This document shows positions 17,889 through 26,507 of a stretch of 38,808 nt of DNA, piece by piece; within the stretch, counting starts at the first letter, position 1, and each line of letters starts with the position of its first letter. Position numbers and translations under genes: made by a program. Source of the stretch: Phycisphaeraceae bacterium. Its GTDB lineage: Bacteria; Planctomycetota; Phycisphaerae; Phycisphaerales; Phycisphaeraceae. Below the pieces are notes generated by a model, which was not told where the DNA came from, did no database searches, and saw only the letters and a program-made list of their open reading frames with translations. The stretch covers positions 1 through 38,808 of the forward strand of contig JANQKH010000508.1 of the NCBI GenBank assembly GCA_028281215.1. The letters run 5' to 3'.

Positions 17889-18757
17889 GCGGGCGCGTCT
17901 TGCTTCAACTGCGCGAAACCCAACGCCACGTTCGCCGCATTGAACAACGCATGCAACACCACGCACGGCAGCAAACTGCCGTGCTTTTCGTATAACCAAC
18001 CCAGCATCAGACTCAGGCAGAACAAGCCGGGCAACACCTGCCAATTGGCGGCTTTGATGTGGATCAACGCAAAGACGAACGATGTCGCCAGGATCGCTAA
18101 CCATCGAGACGCCGATCCTGTGATCGATACAAAGAACGTCTGTAACAGCCCGCGAAAGATGAATTCCTCAAACAACGGTGCGAGCAACACCGCGGAGCCG
18201 ATTAACATCAGGCCGGCGATGGCGTCTTTGTTTTCGATCAGTTGTTTGAGCAGGTCGTGGGCGATCTCCGGTGGCTTCTCGCCCCACAACAAACTGACGG
18301 CCATTGCCACCGCATTGATGCCGAACACAATCGGCAATGCGGCGAAAATCGCGAGAAAGCCGGCGAGCAGTTCCCTGCCCGGCCGCCGAGGGAGGATGCC
18401 CAGTTGCGCCACGCCGTCTGGCGTCTGAAAGCCGCGCCAGATCAGAAATACTACGATCGGAAACTGCGTCAGCAACTGGCTCAGCAATGGAACGAATGCC
18501 CGTTCCACCGGTGTGCCGGGATCGGTTGCGGTCACTGGCAAATTGAACTGTTGCACCACGGTTCCCAGCGCGATGATGCCCATGAACATCAGGCAGAAGC
18601 CGATCGCCACATCAAACAGCGTCAACTCCAACCGCGCCTGTGATTGGTCAAACACGCCGCGCCGGAAACAACCGCACGCGAGAAGCACACCAACCGCCGC
18701 CACTCCCGCCGCGATGAACGGCCATATCATCGGCCATTTCTCGACGAGGGCATCCAT
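17882..18757 (-). CDS. CPBP-family intramembrane glutamic endopeptidase (CAAX protease/Abi)
   Basis: Polytopic membrane protein with EEFIFRGLL, FALIH and HALFNA motifs. Confidence 0.85.
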   Translation of the reverse strand: MDALVEKWPMIWPFIAAGVAAVGVLLACGCFRRGVFDQSQARLELTLFDVAIGFCLMFMGIIALGTVVQQFNLPVTATDPGTPVERAFVPLLSQLLTQFPIVVFLIWRGFQTPDGVAQLGILPRRPGRELLAGFLAIFAALPIVFGINAVAMAVSLLWGEKPPEIAHDLLKQLIENKDAIAGLMLIGSAVLLAPLFEEFIFRGLLQTFFVSITGSASRWLAILATSFVFALIHIKAANWQVLPGLFCLSLMLGWLYEKHGSLLPCVVLHALFNAANVALGFAQLKQDAPAQ

Positions 18758-18817
18758 AGGGCGTTCTTGTGCAATGGGTGAAACGCCGACGACACAATGG
18801 CCGGCGAAGGTGGAGGA

Positions 18818-19294
18818 TTACTGAATCTCGACGATTTCAAATCGTTTGGGCCCGCGCGGCAAATCGACCTTGACCGTTTCGCCCAGCCGCGCTTTCATCA
18901 GCGCCTCGCCCATCGGGCTGCTGGTGGTCACCTCGATTTCCTCGGCGTCGAAATTGAACCCGCCGCTCGATTCGCCCACGAGCTTGTAAAGGTCTTCGCT
19001 GTCGTCGTCGAGATCGCGCAGTTTGACGACCGAGCCGAGAAAAACCATGTCCTCCGGGATCGAGTCATCGTCGTCGTCAATCACTTTGGCGCGCTTGAGT
19101 TTTTCCTCAATGTCACGAATCTTGCGCTCGTTGTGTCCCTGGTCATCGCGCGCGGCGTGGTACTCGGCGTTCTCTTTCAAATCGCCAAGCGCCCGCGCCT
19201 CGGCGATCCGGTTGCTGATCACCGGACGAAGGTCAATCAGTTCCTGCAATTGCTTTTCCAGTGAGACTTTTTCATCGGGAGTGATGAATTCCAT
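18818..19294 (-). CDS. greA: transcription elongation factor GreA
   Basis: Coiled-coil N-domain with [20 protein letters not shown] and C-terminal …[17 protein letters not shown]…. Confidence 0.95.
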   Translation of the reverse strand: MEFITPDEKVSLEKQLQELIDLRPVISNRIAEARALGDLKENAEYHAARDDQGHNERKIRDIEEKLKRAKVIDDDDDSIPEDMVFLGSVVKLRDLDDDSEDLYKLVGESSGGFNFDAEEIEVTTSSPMGEALMKARLGETVKVDLPRGPKRFEIVEIQ

Positions 19295-19440
19295 GTCGGC
19301 TATTCCTCTTGATCGTCGTTGCGGTCAACCAAATCGTTATGGTAACGACTTTTGCGCTGCCGATCAGGTCCGCCGTGATGCATGGACAGGGTTGGCCTTA
19401 CAATAGACTGCTCTGCCAACCGAATCTCAAGGAGTCTCAC

Positions 19441-20409
19441 ATGATTCGCCCGAGTGCCTGCCTGTTCACGTTATTGCTTTCGACCACGGTGATTCTGGGT
19501 GCCGAGAAAAAAGTCGACAAGCCGATCTATATTGACCCGAAAGCCGCGGCCGCTGATCCCGACTTCAAAGTACAGGGGGAGTATGAAGGTGTATCCAAGA
19601 CACATCCGCCGGTTGGGGCGCAGATCGTGGCGCAGGGCGACGGGGTTTTCAAACTTGCCGTCTATCAGGGCGGATTGCCGGGCAAGGGGTGGGACGGCAA
19701 AGCTGTGCACCGCGCGGACGGCAAGCGAACCAAAAACGGTATCGCATTTGAATCGACACAGAAGAACGTTCGTTGGACCTGGCGTGACGGCAAGTTGGCG
19801 GGGCGCGGTGTCGAGCTGCACAAAGTCCAACGCAAAAGCCCGACACTCGGTGCTAAACCACCCAAGGGCGCGATCGTATTGTTCGACGGCAAGCACGCCG
19901 ACCATTGGCAAAAAGGCAAGGTCGATGAGCGCGGCTTGCTGGTGACCGGTTGCACAACGAAGAAACTCTGGCAGAGTTTCAAACTGCATCTCGAATTTCG
20001 CACGCCGTACAAACCGTTCGGGCGCGGGCAGGATCGCGGCAACGCCGGCTGTTACATTCAACGCCGCTACGAGGTGCAGATTCTCGACTCCTTTGGTTTG
20101 AAAGGCGAAGCCAATGAGTGCGGCGGCCTGTATCGCCAGAAGACACCGGATGTGAACATGGCTTTCCCGCCGCTGACATGGCAGACCTACGACATCGATT
20201 TCACCGCGGCGAAGTTTGATGACGCCGGCAAGAAAACCGCGCCGGCTGTCATCACCGTGAAGCACAACGGTGTGACCATACACGACAACTACAAACTCAA
20301 GAACAAAACCGGCGCCGGCCGTAAGGAAGGCCCCGAGCCGGGTCCGATCTATCTGCAAGGTCACGGCAATCCGGTGTTCTATCGCAACATATGGATCGTG
20401 GAGAAATAA
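19441..20409 (+). CDS. secreted DUF1080 (3-keto-disaccharide hydrolase-like, concanavalin-type) protein
   Basis: ORF 19309 trimmed to ATG 19441, preceded by AAGGAG (19429-19434). Signal peptide MIRPSACLFTLLLSTTVILG. HLEFRTPY…YEVQILDSFG…ECGGLY…IYLQGHGNPVFYRNIWIVEK. Confidence 0.85.
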   Translation: MIRPSACLFTLLLSTTVILGAEKKVDKPIYIDPKAAAADPDFKVQGEYEGVSKTHPPVGAQIVAQGDGVFKLAVYQGGLPGKGWDGKAVHRADGKRTKNGIAFESTQKNVRWTWRDGKLAGRGVELHKVQRKSPTLGAKPPKGAIVLFDGKHADHWQKGKVDERGLLVTGCTTKKLWQSFKLHLEFRTPYKPFGRGQDRGNAGCYIQRRYEVQILDSFGLKGEANECGGLYRQKTPDVNMAFPPLTWQTYDIDFTAAKFDDAGKKTAPAVITVKHNGVTIHDNYKLKNKTGAGRKEGPEPGPIYLQGHGNPVFYRNIWIVEK

Positions 20410-20426
20410 AGAGAATCCTGTTGCGT

Positions 20427-21119
20427 TTATGGCGCGGATAGCGATCGGCCGTTGTCGTTCGCATCCAACGCCAGCAGAAACGGCACGGCCCGTTCTGCCC
20501 ATTGCTCGGCCGTGGGATAGCTGGCCGCGCCCGACCCGAAACAACTTTGCAGCATGTCGGTGTTGATGATGCCCGGGTTTAGCGCCACGGCGGCAAGGCC
20601 GGCCGGCAGTTCCTGCGCCATCGCGGCGGTCATGCCCTCGATGGCCCACTTTGTCGCGCAGTACGGTGCGACCTGGGGCGAGGTGGATCGCCCCCAGCCT
20701 GAACTGAAATTGACAATCACGCCACGGCCGCGCTCGATCATCGCCGAAATAAACGCGCGAATTACGTTGTGCACGCCTTTGAGATTGACATCGATCACTT
20801 CACCGAACTCCTCGGTCGACACGTCCCACAGGTCGGCGTTCGCGTTGATCAACGCCGCGTTGTTGACCAGTAGATCAGGTGGTCCATGGAGGTCGAGAAT
20901 GGTCCGTGCCCACGCGTCGACCGCGCGGTTGTCGGTCACATCGACAACCTGCCACGTATGCGGCGACGGATGGCGGGCGACGAGTTGATCGACGGCTTGT
21001 TGCGATCGGCCACAACCGGCGACGTGGTGTCCGGCATTGACAAATCCATCGGCCATGGCGCGGCCCAGGCCGCGCGTCGCGCCGGTCAGGACGATATGTT
21101 TTTGTATTGCTTCAGACAT
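20427..21119 (-). CDS. SDR-family oxidoreductase
   Basis: ORF 20427..21170 trimmed to ATG 21119 (MSEAIQKHIVLTGATRGLG). TGxxxGxG, NNAA and YCATK (YxxxK) motifs. Confidence 0.85.
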   Translation of the reverse strand: MSEAIQKHIVLTGATRGLGRAMADGFVNAGHHVAGCGRSQQAVDQLVARHPSPHTWQVVDVTDNRAVDAWARTILDLHGPPDLLVNNAALINANADLWDVSTEEFGEVIDVNLKGVHNVIRAFISAMIERGRGVIVNFSSGWGRSTSPQVAPYCATKWAIEGMTAAMAQELPAGLAAVALNPGIINTDMLQSCFGSGAASYPTAEQWAERAVPFLLALDANDNGRSLSAP

Positions 21120-21188
21120 GGAATGCTTCGTGCCGTACACAGGTTGACGTGATTTCAATCGGGAGGCCAATCGGTGGGCGGCGCCACC

Positions 21189-21863
21189 TTACGTTGGGAT
21201 TCCTTCCGAAACGAATCGGCCGAGGTCCATATGCATCACGTCATCCGCGGCGCCAGCGGCGCGGTCGTCATGGGTGACCAGCAGCACCGCGCCGCCACTT
21301 TGCGCGAAATCTTTCAACGCTTGCAACACCGCGTCGGCGTTTTCGGGATCGAGGTTGCCCGTCGGTTCATCTGCCAGCAGCAGCGTGGGTTCATGCATCA
21401 ACGCGCGGGCGAGGGCGGTGCGCTGGCGTTCGCCGGTGCTCAGTTCAGCCGGCACATGCGCCGCCCGGTCTTCGAGATTGAACTGTCGCAGCAACGCAAC
21501 AGCCCGGTCCTGTGCATTGGCCAGGGGCGCCGCCAGTGTCGCGGCCAGCACGTTGTCGAGCACCGACAGATACGGCACCAGATGAAACTGCTGAAACACA
21601 AACCCGATGGTTTCGGCGCGAAAGCGGGCGCGTTGTTCGGGGGACAGGGCGTACAAATCAGTGTCGTTGATCGAAACCGTGCCGGCACCGGGTTTGAGTA
21701 AGCCGCCGGCAGTCAGGAGCAAGGTCGATTTTCCGCACCCGCTCGGCCCGCGCACGGCGATGAATCGGCCGGTGCCGAGCGACATTGACACATCGTCCAG
21801 CGCCCGCACCTCGCGGTGGTTGCCTGTGTAGGTCTTGCTGACGTTGTTGAATTGTAGAAGCAT
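21189..21863 (-). CDS. ABC transporter ATP-binding protein, LolD/MacB/FtsE-like class
   Basis: Walker A GPSGCGKST, Q-loop FVFQQFHLVPYLSVLDNV, signature LSTGERQR, Walker B LLLADEPTGNLD, H-loop VTHD. Only 224 aa with no extra domain. Confidence 0.9.
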   Translation of the reverse strand: MLLQFNNVSKTYTGNHREVRALDDVSMSLGTGRFIAVRGPSGCGKSTLLLTAGGLLKPGAGTVSINDTDLYALSPEQRARFRAETIGFVFQQFHLVPYLSVLDNVLAATLAAPLANAQDRAVALLRQFNLEDRAAHVPAELSTGERQRTALARALMHEPTLLLADEPTGNLDPENADAVLQALKDFAQSGGAVLLVTHDDRAAGAADDVMHMDLGRFVSEGIPT

Positions 21864-21894
21864 AGTGGCAGTGTCGAAAAATCACGGGTAGGAA

Positions 21895-24402
21895 TTACTT
21901 TGTTTTCAACTCTCTCACACGAATGTTTCGAAAGCGATGCACGTCGCCTTTGCCGTGATGTTGAATCGCGATAACACCTTCGCGGAACAGCTTGTCTTCG
22001 ACGTCGGCGGTCTTTACACCATTAACCCAGATCTGAATGCGTGAACCCTGGCAACGCACTTTGAAGCGATTCCACTCGCCATTCTTGAAACATTCGCCAG
22101 CCATCTTCTTAAACTGTTGGGCTTCTTCGTTGTTTTTGGGCCAAACCCATCCCTTGCCGATGGCGAAGATTGAACCGCTCTTGGCACGGTCGATTTCACA
22201 TTGGTAGCCGGTGAATTTCTTGCCGCCGGTCTGACAGCGGAATGCGAGACCGGAGTTGTAGGCGCCGTCGGGCATCAGCGCTTCGGCTTCAAGTTCAAAG
22301 GCTTTGAGCACTTTCTTGTGTGAGAACCAGAGGTTCGCGCCCTTGGCCATGAGGTGAATCTCGCCGTTGACGACTTTCATACTTACATTTTCTGTTTTTC
22401 GCTTCAATTGCGACACCCAGCCGTCCAGGTCACGACCGTTGAACAGGTTGATCCAATCGCCCGCGGCCGCTTGGTCGTTGTCAACGTTCTTGAGAAATGC
22501 TTGAATCGAAAAGCCGATGAACATCGCCATGTCGAGGTCGCCCGGCAAGACGACGGTCGCGGGTATGTCTTTGGGGCGCATGCCCTTGAGACGGGCGTCG
22601 GTCGCTTTCATCGCTGGAACGAGCGACTTGGCTTTGGGGCCGAGCAGTTCAATCGTGCGGGCGGCGTGTTGGACGGCGGAAAGGTTTTTCGATTCGAGTG
22701 CTTTGCCGAGGACGGGTAGGGCTTCTTTGAGATGCCCATGTTTGGCCAATGCGTTGGCGGCTTCGATACGCACGTTCGCGGACGCATCGTTCAAGGCATC
22801 CTTCAGTCCTTTCGTTGCCGCTGCGGAAAGTCTCTTTGATCCTCCGAGCCCGACGGCACACCAGTATCGAACAACCGAGTCTTTGTCGTGGGTCAGTTCG
22901 TAGGCGGTGTTTTGATCATCAACCCGGTACATGGTGATGTGCTTTGTTGCCTGTCTGGATAGGTCGCGGAAATACGACTCGTGTTGTTGCCGGGCCCATG
23001 TCATGGGCGTCTTGTCGCCGACTCGCTTCCAGAGTTCAGCCTCAGGTACAAAGCCGAGATCAGGGATCTTTCGTGTGTATTGATCATATGCATCACGCAT
23101 TTCTTTCAACGCGACGGCATGCTTCGCTGATGTGGCAAGGTTTTTCAGATTGTTCGGATCAGTCTCGCAGTCATACAGTTCTTCAGTTGGCCGCGTCGGC
23201 CCGGCGAAGTGCCACTGTGGGCCGGTCATGTTTGCCTTGTCTGCCAAGCGATAAAACTCGTGGCGAATCTCACCCAGGTCCGGCCACGCCGTCGGCTGGT
23301 TGTAACCCAGGTGCGGCATGAAATTGCGAATGTAAAGGTAACGCTTGTTGCGCACGGAGCGCGCCATGTCGAGTACTTCGTCCACGCGGTCGCGATGACC
23401 GTAAACGTATTGGCGCGGCTTCGTCGCTTTCGGACCAAGGAACGGTTTGCCCTGCATCCATTTGGGAATATCCACGCCGGTCAGGCTCAGGACTGTTGGG
23501 CCGAAGTCAACAAAGCTGACGAGGCGGTCGGTGGTTGAACCCGGATTGCCTGGTGCTAGGTGTTGCCACTTCTTCGGGAATCGCACCATTAGGGGCACGT
23601 GCATGCCGGAGTCGAGCAGGGCGCGTTTGTGGCGGGGCAGGCCCGAACCATGGTCGGAATAGATGAAGACGATGGTGTCGTCTGCGAGGCCGTCGTCTTC
23701 CAGTTGTTGCAGGATCGCGCCGACCTGTTTGTCCATGACGGTGACGCAGTCGTAAAACCTTGCGAGCGTTTTGCGAACGATCGGCGTGTTGGGGTAATAC
23801 GGCGGCACGGGCGCCTTGGCGGGATCGTGAATCTCATTCGTGTCCAACTGGCTTTGCACTTCGGCTTTGAATTTTTCGTACGGCCAAACCATCGCCCGGC
23901 TCTGATGGGAGGTCATCAGATTGAAGACGCTGAAGAACGGTTTGCTCTTGTCGTCGCGCTTCCGCCAATGCGCGGTGTCGCTACTTTCGTTCCAACTCTT
24001 TTCGATGATGGTTTTCCAGTTTGCGCTGTTGTAATCGGTTTTGACGTTGTTGGTGGTGTAGTAGCCGACCTTTCGCATGAAGCTTGGGAAACCGGTCATT
24101 TCTTTGGGGATCGGGAAGGCGGAGCGCATGTTGTGCGTGCCTTGTGTCTGCGCGTAGACGCCATTAATCAGACAGGTGCGCGACGGCGAACAAACCGGCG
24201 CGGTGGCAAACGCGTGCGTGTAGCGCACGCTTTGTTTGGCGAAGGCGTCGATGTGCGGTGTGTGGGCATACTTGTCACCGTAACAGCCAAGCACGGCGCT
24301 CATGTCCTCGGCCACAATCCACAGCACGTTCGGCCGATCGGCGGCGAATGACGTAACGTTTAGCAGCAACATCACGAACACAGGCAGAATAAATCGCGGC
24401 AT
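21895..24402 (-). CDS. secreted sulfatase fused to HEAT-like repeats and a C-terminal DUF1080 domain
   Basis: Signal peptide. Sulfatase core about aa 24-445 (23068-24333) with the formylglycine motif CSPSRTCLING (Cys71) and SDHG. HEAT-like repeats about aa 505-600 (22603-22890: VRYWCAVGLG…NVRIEAANALAKHG…). DUF1080 about aa 648-833 (21904-22461: WINLFNGRDLDGW…IAIQHHGKGDVHRFRNIRVREL). Confidence 0.9.
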   Translation of the reverse strand: MPRFILPVFVMLLLNVTSFAADRPNVLWIVAEDMSAVLGCYGDKYAHTPHIDAFAKQSVRYTHAFATAPVCSPSRTCLINGVYAQTQGTHNMRSAFPIPKEMTGFPSFMRKVGYYTTNNVKTDYNSANWKTIIEKSWNESSDTAHWRKRDDKSKPFFSVFNLMTSHQSRAMVWPYEKFKAEVQSQLDTNEIHDPAKAPVPPYYPNTPIVRKTLARFYDCVTVMDKQVGAILQQLEDDGLADDTIVFIYSDHGSGLPRHKRALLDSGMHVPLMVRFPKKWQHLAPGNPGSTTDRLVSFVDFGPTVLSLTGVDIPKWMQGKPFLGPKATKPRQYVYGHRDRVDEVLDMARSVRNKRYLYIRNFMPHLGYNQPTAWPDLGEIRHEFYRLADKANMTGPQWHFAGPTRPTEELYDCETDPNNLKNLATSAKHAVALKEMRDAYDQYTRKIPDLGFVPEAELWKRVGDKTPMTWARQQHESYFRDLSRQATKHITMYRVDDQNTAYELTHDKDSVVRYWCAVGLGGSKRLSAAATKGLKDALNDASANVRIEAANALAKHGHLKEALPVLGKALESKNLSAVQHAARTIELLGPKAKSLVPAMKATDARLKGMRPKDIPATVVLPGDLDMAMFIGFSIQAFLKNVDNDQAAAGDWINLFNGRDLDGWVSQLKRKTENVSMKVVNGEIHLMAKGANLWFSHKKVLKAFELEAEALMPDGAYNSGLAFRCQTGGKKFTGYQCEIDRAKSGSIFAIGKGWVWPKNNEEAQQFKKMAGECFKNGEWNRFKVRCQGSRIQIWVNGVKTADVEDKLFREGVIAIQHHGKGDVHRFRNIRVRELKTK

Positions 24403-24534
24403 GTTTTTCCTTTTCCATGGGACTCAGACAAGATCGGACGGACGGCGTTGCACCCGTCCACCGGCGGGAAAACGCATGGTACCAGAGGCGGGACAGTTGA
24501 TCGTTCGCGTGTTGCCTCGGCGTGTTCATCCGAC

Positions 24535-25386
24535 TCACGCAAACTTTCGGTTGCGCGATTTTGGATCAAGCTTGTCACGAATGCCCTCACCCAGCAGGTT
24601 GAAACCGAGCACGGTGATGAAGATCGCTAGGCATGGCACGGCGACGGGTAGCGGGAACCGGTCCTTGGCTTCCCAGCCCTGCGTGAGAATCAGCCCCCAT
24701 TCGGGTGTCTTGTACGGATCGCCGCCAAGACCGAGGAACGTCAAACCGGCCACATCGAGAATCGCCGTTCCCATCATCAGTGTCGCTAGTACGACGATGG
24801 GGCCGACACAGTTGGGCAGCACATGCCGCCAGAGAATGCGCGGACCGGAGATGCCAACAGCCCGCGCCGCGAGGACAAACTCCATCGCTTCCACGCGAAT
24901 CACTTCCGCGCGCACCTGCCGCGCGAACATCGGCGAACTGACCAGCCCCACCGCCAGCACCACGTTTTTCACATCCTTGCCGAGGATTGCCACCACTACC
25001 ATTGCGAGCAGGAATGTGGGGAAACTCATGCCGAAATCCACGACGCGCATCAGCAGCATGTCCGTTTTACCGCCGACATATCCGGCGATCGCGCCGATGG
25101 CCGAACCGAGCAATGTGGAAAGCAACGTTGCCGCGAAGGCGATGCTCAGTGTCGTACGCCCGCCGTTGAGCACGCGGCTGAGCAGATCGTAACCCTGTGT
25201 GTCCGTACCCAACCAGTGTTTGCCACTCGGTTGTTGTGCATCGCCCACGGACTCAAGCGGTCCATAGGGAGTCAGCATCGGACCGATCAAAGCGACGAGC
25301 AAAACAAAACCAACAGCCGTCGCGCCGATCATCGCAGCGCGGTGCGAACGGACGAGCATCCATGTCCATGCCAGACGCCGTTTCAT
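24535..25386 (-). CDS. ABC transporter permease, DppC/OppC type
   Basis: Six-TM binding-protein-dependent permease with the conserved block FVLAARAVGISGPRILWRHVLPN. 4-nt overlap with the upstream permease. Confidence 0.9.
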   Translation of the reverse strand: MKRRLAWTWMLVRSHRAAMIGATAVGFVLLVALIGPMLTPYGPLESVGDAQQPSGKHWLGTDTQGYDLLSRVLNGGRTTLSIAFAATLLSTLLGSAIGAIAGYVGGKTDMLLMRVVDFGMSFPTFLLAMVVVAILGKDVKNVVLAVGLVSSPMFARQVRAEVIRVEAMEFVLAARAVGISGPRILWRHVLPNCVGPIVVLATLMMGTAILDVAGLTFLGLGGDPYKTPEWGLILTQGWEAKDRFPLPVAVPCLAIFITVLGFNLLGEGIRDKLDPKSRNRKFA

Positions 25387-26465
25387 CCCTGCCCCCCTTG
25401 TCGCACGCGCGGATCGAGCAGGCCGTAGCTCACGTCGACGATCAGGTTGATCAGAACGAAACCGACCGCGACGATCATCACGCTCATCTGCAACGGTCTT
25501 GCGTCCAGCGCAAGAATCGCGTCCACCATGTACGTGCCCACACCATGCCAGGTGAAGATTTTTTCAGTCAGCACCGCGCCGCCGAGCAGGTAGCCGAGCA
25601 GGGTGCCGATCGACGTGACGATGGGAATCATCGCGTTGCGCAGCACATGTCGCAGCATCAGGCGGCGCGGGGTGACGCCTTTGGCGCGGGCGGTGCGCGT
25701 GTAGTCGAGTTGCAACTGTTCGATCACCGCCGTTCGCGTGATGCGCGTGATGACGGCGGCGGGTACGGTCGACAACACCAGTGCCGGCAACGCCAGGTGC
25801 GCCAGTGCGTCAAGGAACATGTCGAAATCCTTGAACGTCACCAGTGAATCGATCAGGTGAAACCCGGTCAGGCCGGACGATTCGCCCAGTTCCTCAGACC
25901 TTGTCCAACTTTTCTGGACGGCTTCTTCAAATTGCGGCGACAGCCGTCCTTGTGTCGGCAGGCCCGCGAAGCCGACCGCTTCGTTAAGCGCGCCCTTGGC
26001 GCTGAACACCCGTTGGGCGAGCAGACCCAGCCAGAAGATGGGAAACGACACACCGGCAAGCGCGCCGGTCAGCGTGAATAAATCCCGCCAAGATCCGGGT
26101 TTCAGTGCGCTGAGGATCCCGGCGGAAACGCCGACAAGCGTTGCGATCAACATGGCGGCCAGCGCCAACTCCATCGTGGCCGGTATTTTTTTTCGCAGCT
26201 CCCTGGCGACCGGCTGGTTTTTCAGATCTTCGCCAAAATCACCCTTGGCGACATTTGACAGATAGTCCTTGAATTGCACGAGCACGGGATCGTTCAGTCC
26301 CTGAGACTCGCGGATTTGTTCGGCCTTCACCGGATTCCACTGATCGCCGAGCAACGCTACTGTCGGATCGCCCGGTAGCATCCAGAGCAACATGAACGTC
26401 GCGAACAGCACCGCAATGAGCAACGGCACAGCAATCAGCAGGCGTCGAATGACAAACACTAGCAT
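25383..26465 (-). CDS. ABC transporter permease, DppB/OppB type
   Basis: MLVFVIRRLL… start and the DYTRTARAKGVTPRRLMLRHVLRNA block are typical of DppB/OppB. Confidence 0.9.
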   Translation of the reverse strand: MLVFVIRRLLIAVPLLIAVLFATFMLLWMLPGDPTVALLGDQWNPVKAEQIRESQGLNDPVLVQFKDYLSNVAKGDFGEDLKNQPVARELRKKIPATMELALAAMLIATLVGVSAGILSALKPGSWRDLFTLTGALAGVSFPIFWLGLLAQRVFSAKGALNEAVGFAGLPTQGRLSPQFEEAVQKSWTRSEELGESSGLTGFHLIDSLVTFKDFDMFLDALAHLALPALVLSTVPAAVITRITRTAVIEQLQLDYTRTARAKGVTPRRLMLRHVLRNAMIPIVTSIGTLLGYLLGGAVLTEKIFTWHGVGTYMVDAILALDARPLQMSVMIVAVGFVLINLIVDVSYGLLDPRVRQGGQG

Positions 26466-26507
26466 GTGAAAATGGTAACGATTCCGCCGCGTGCTTGAGT
26501 GTCCGTG

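Noticed and set aside
19340-19356. TGGTAACGACTTTTGCG upstream of the free-standing DUF1080 gene, resembling a sigma-54 promoter
   Set aside because: The GG to GC distance is one nucleotide longer than the canonical spacing, which sigma-54 tolerates poorly. TGGTAA is also a weak -24 element.
24436-24459. Hairpin GGACGG-N12-CCGTCC between the DppC-like gene and the sulfatase gene
   Set aside because: It has only 6 bp with a 12-nt loop and no U-tract on the transcribed (minus) strand. This is too weak to call a terminator.
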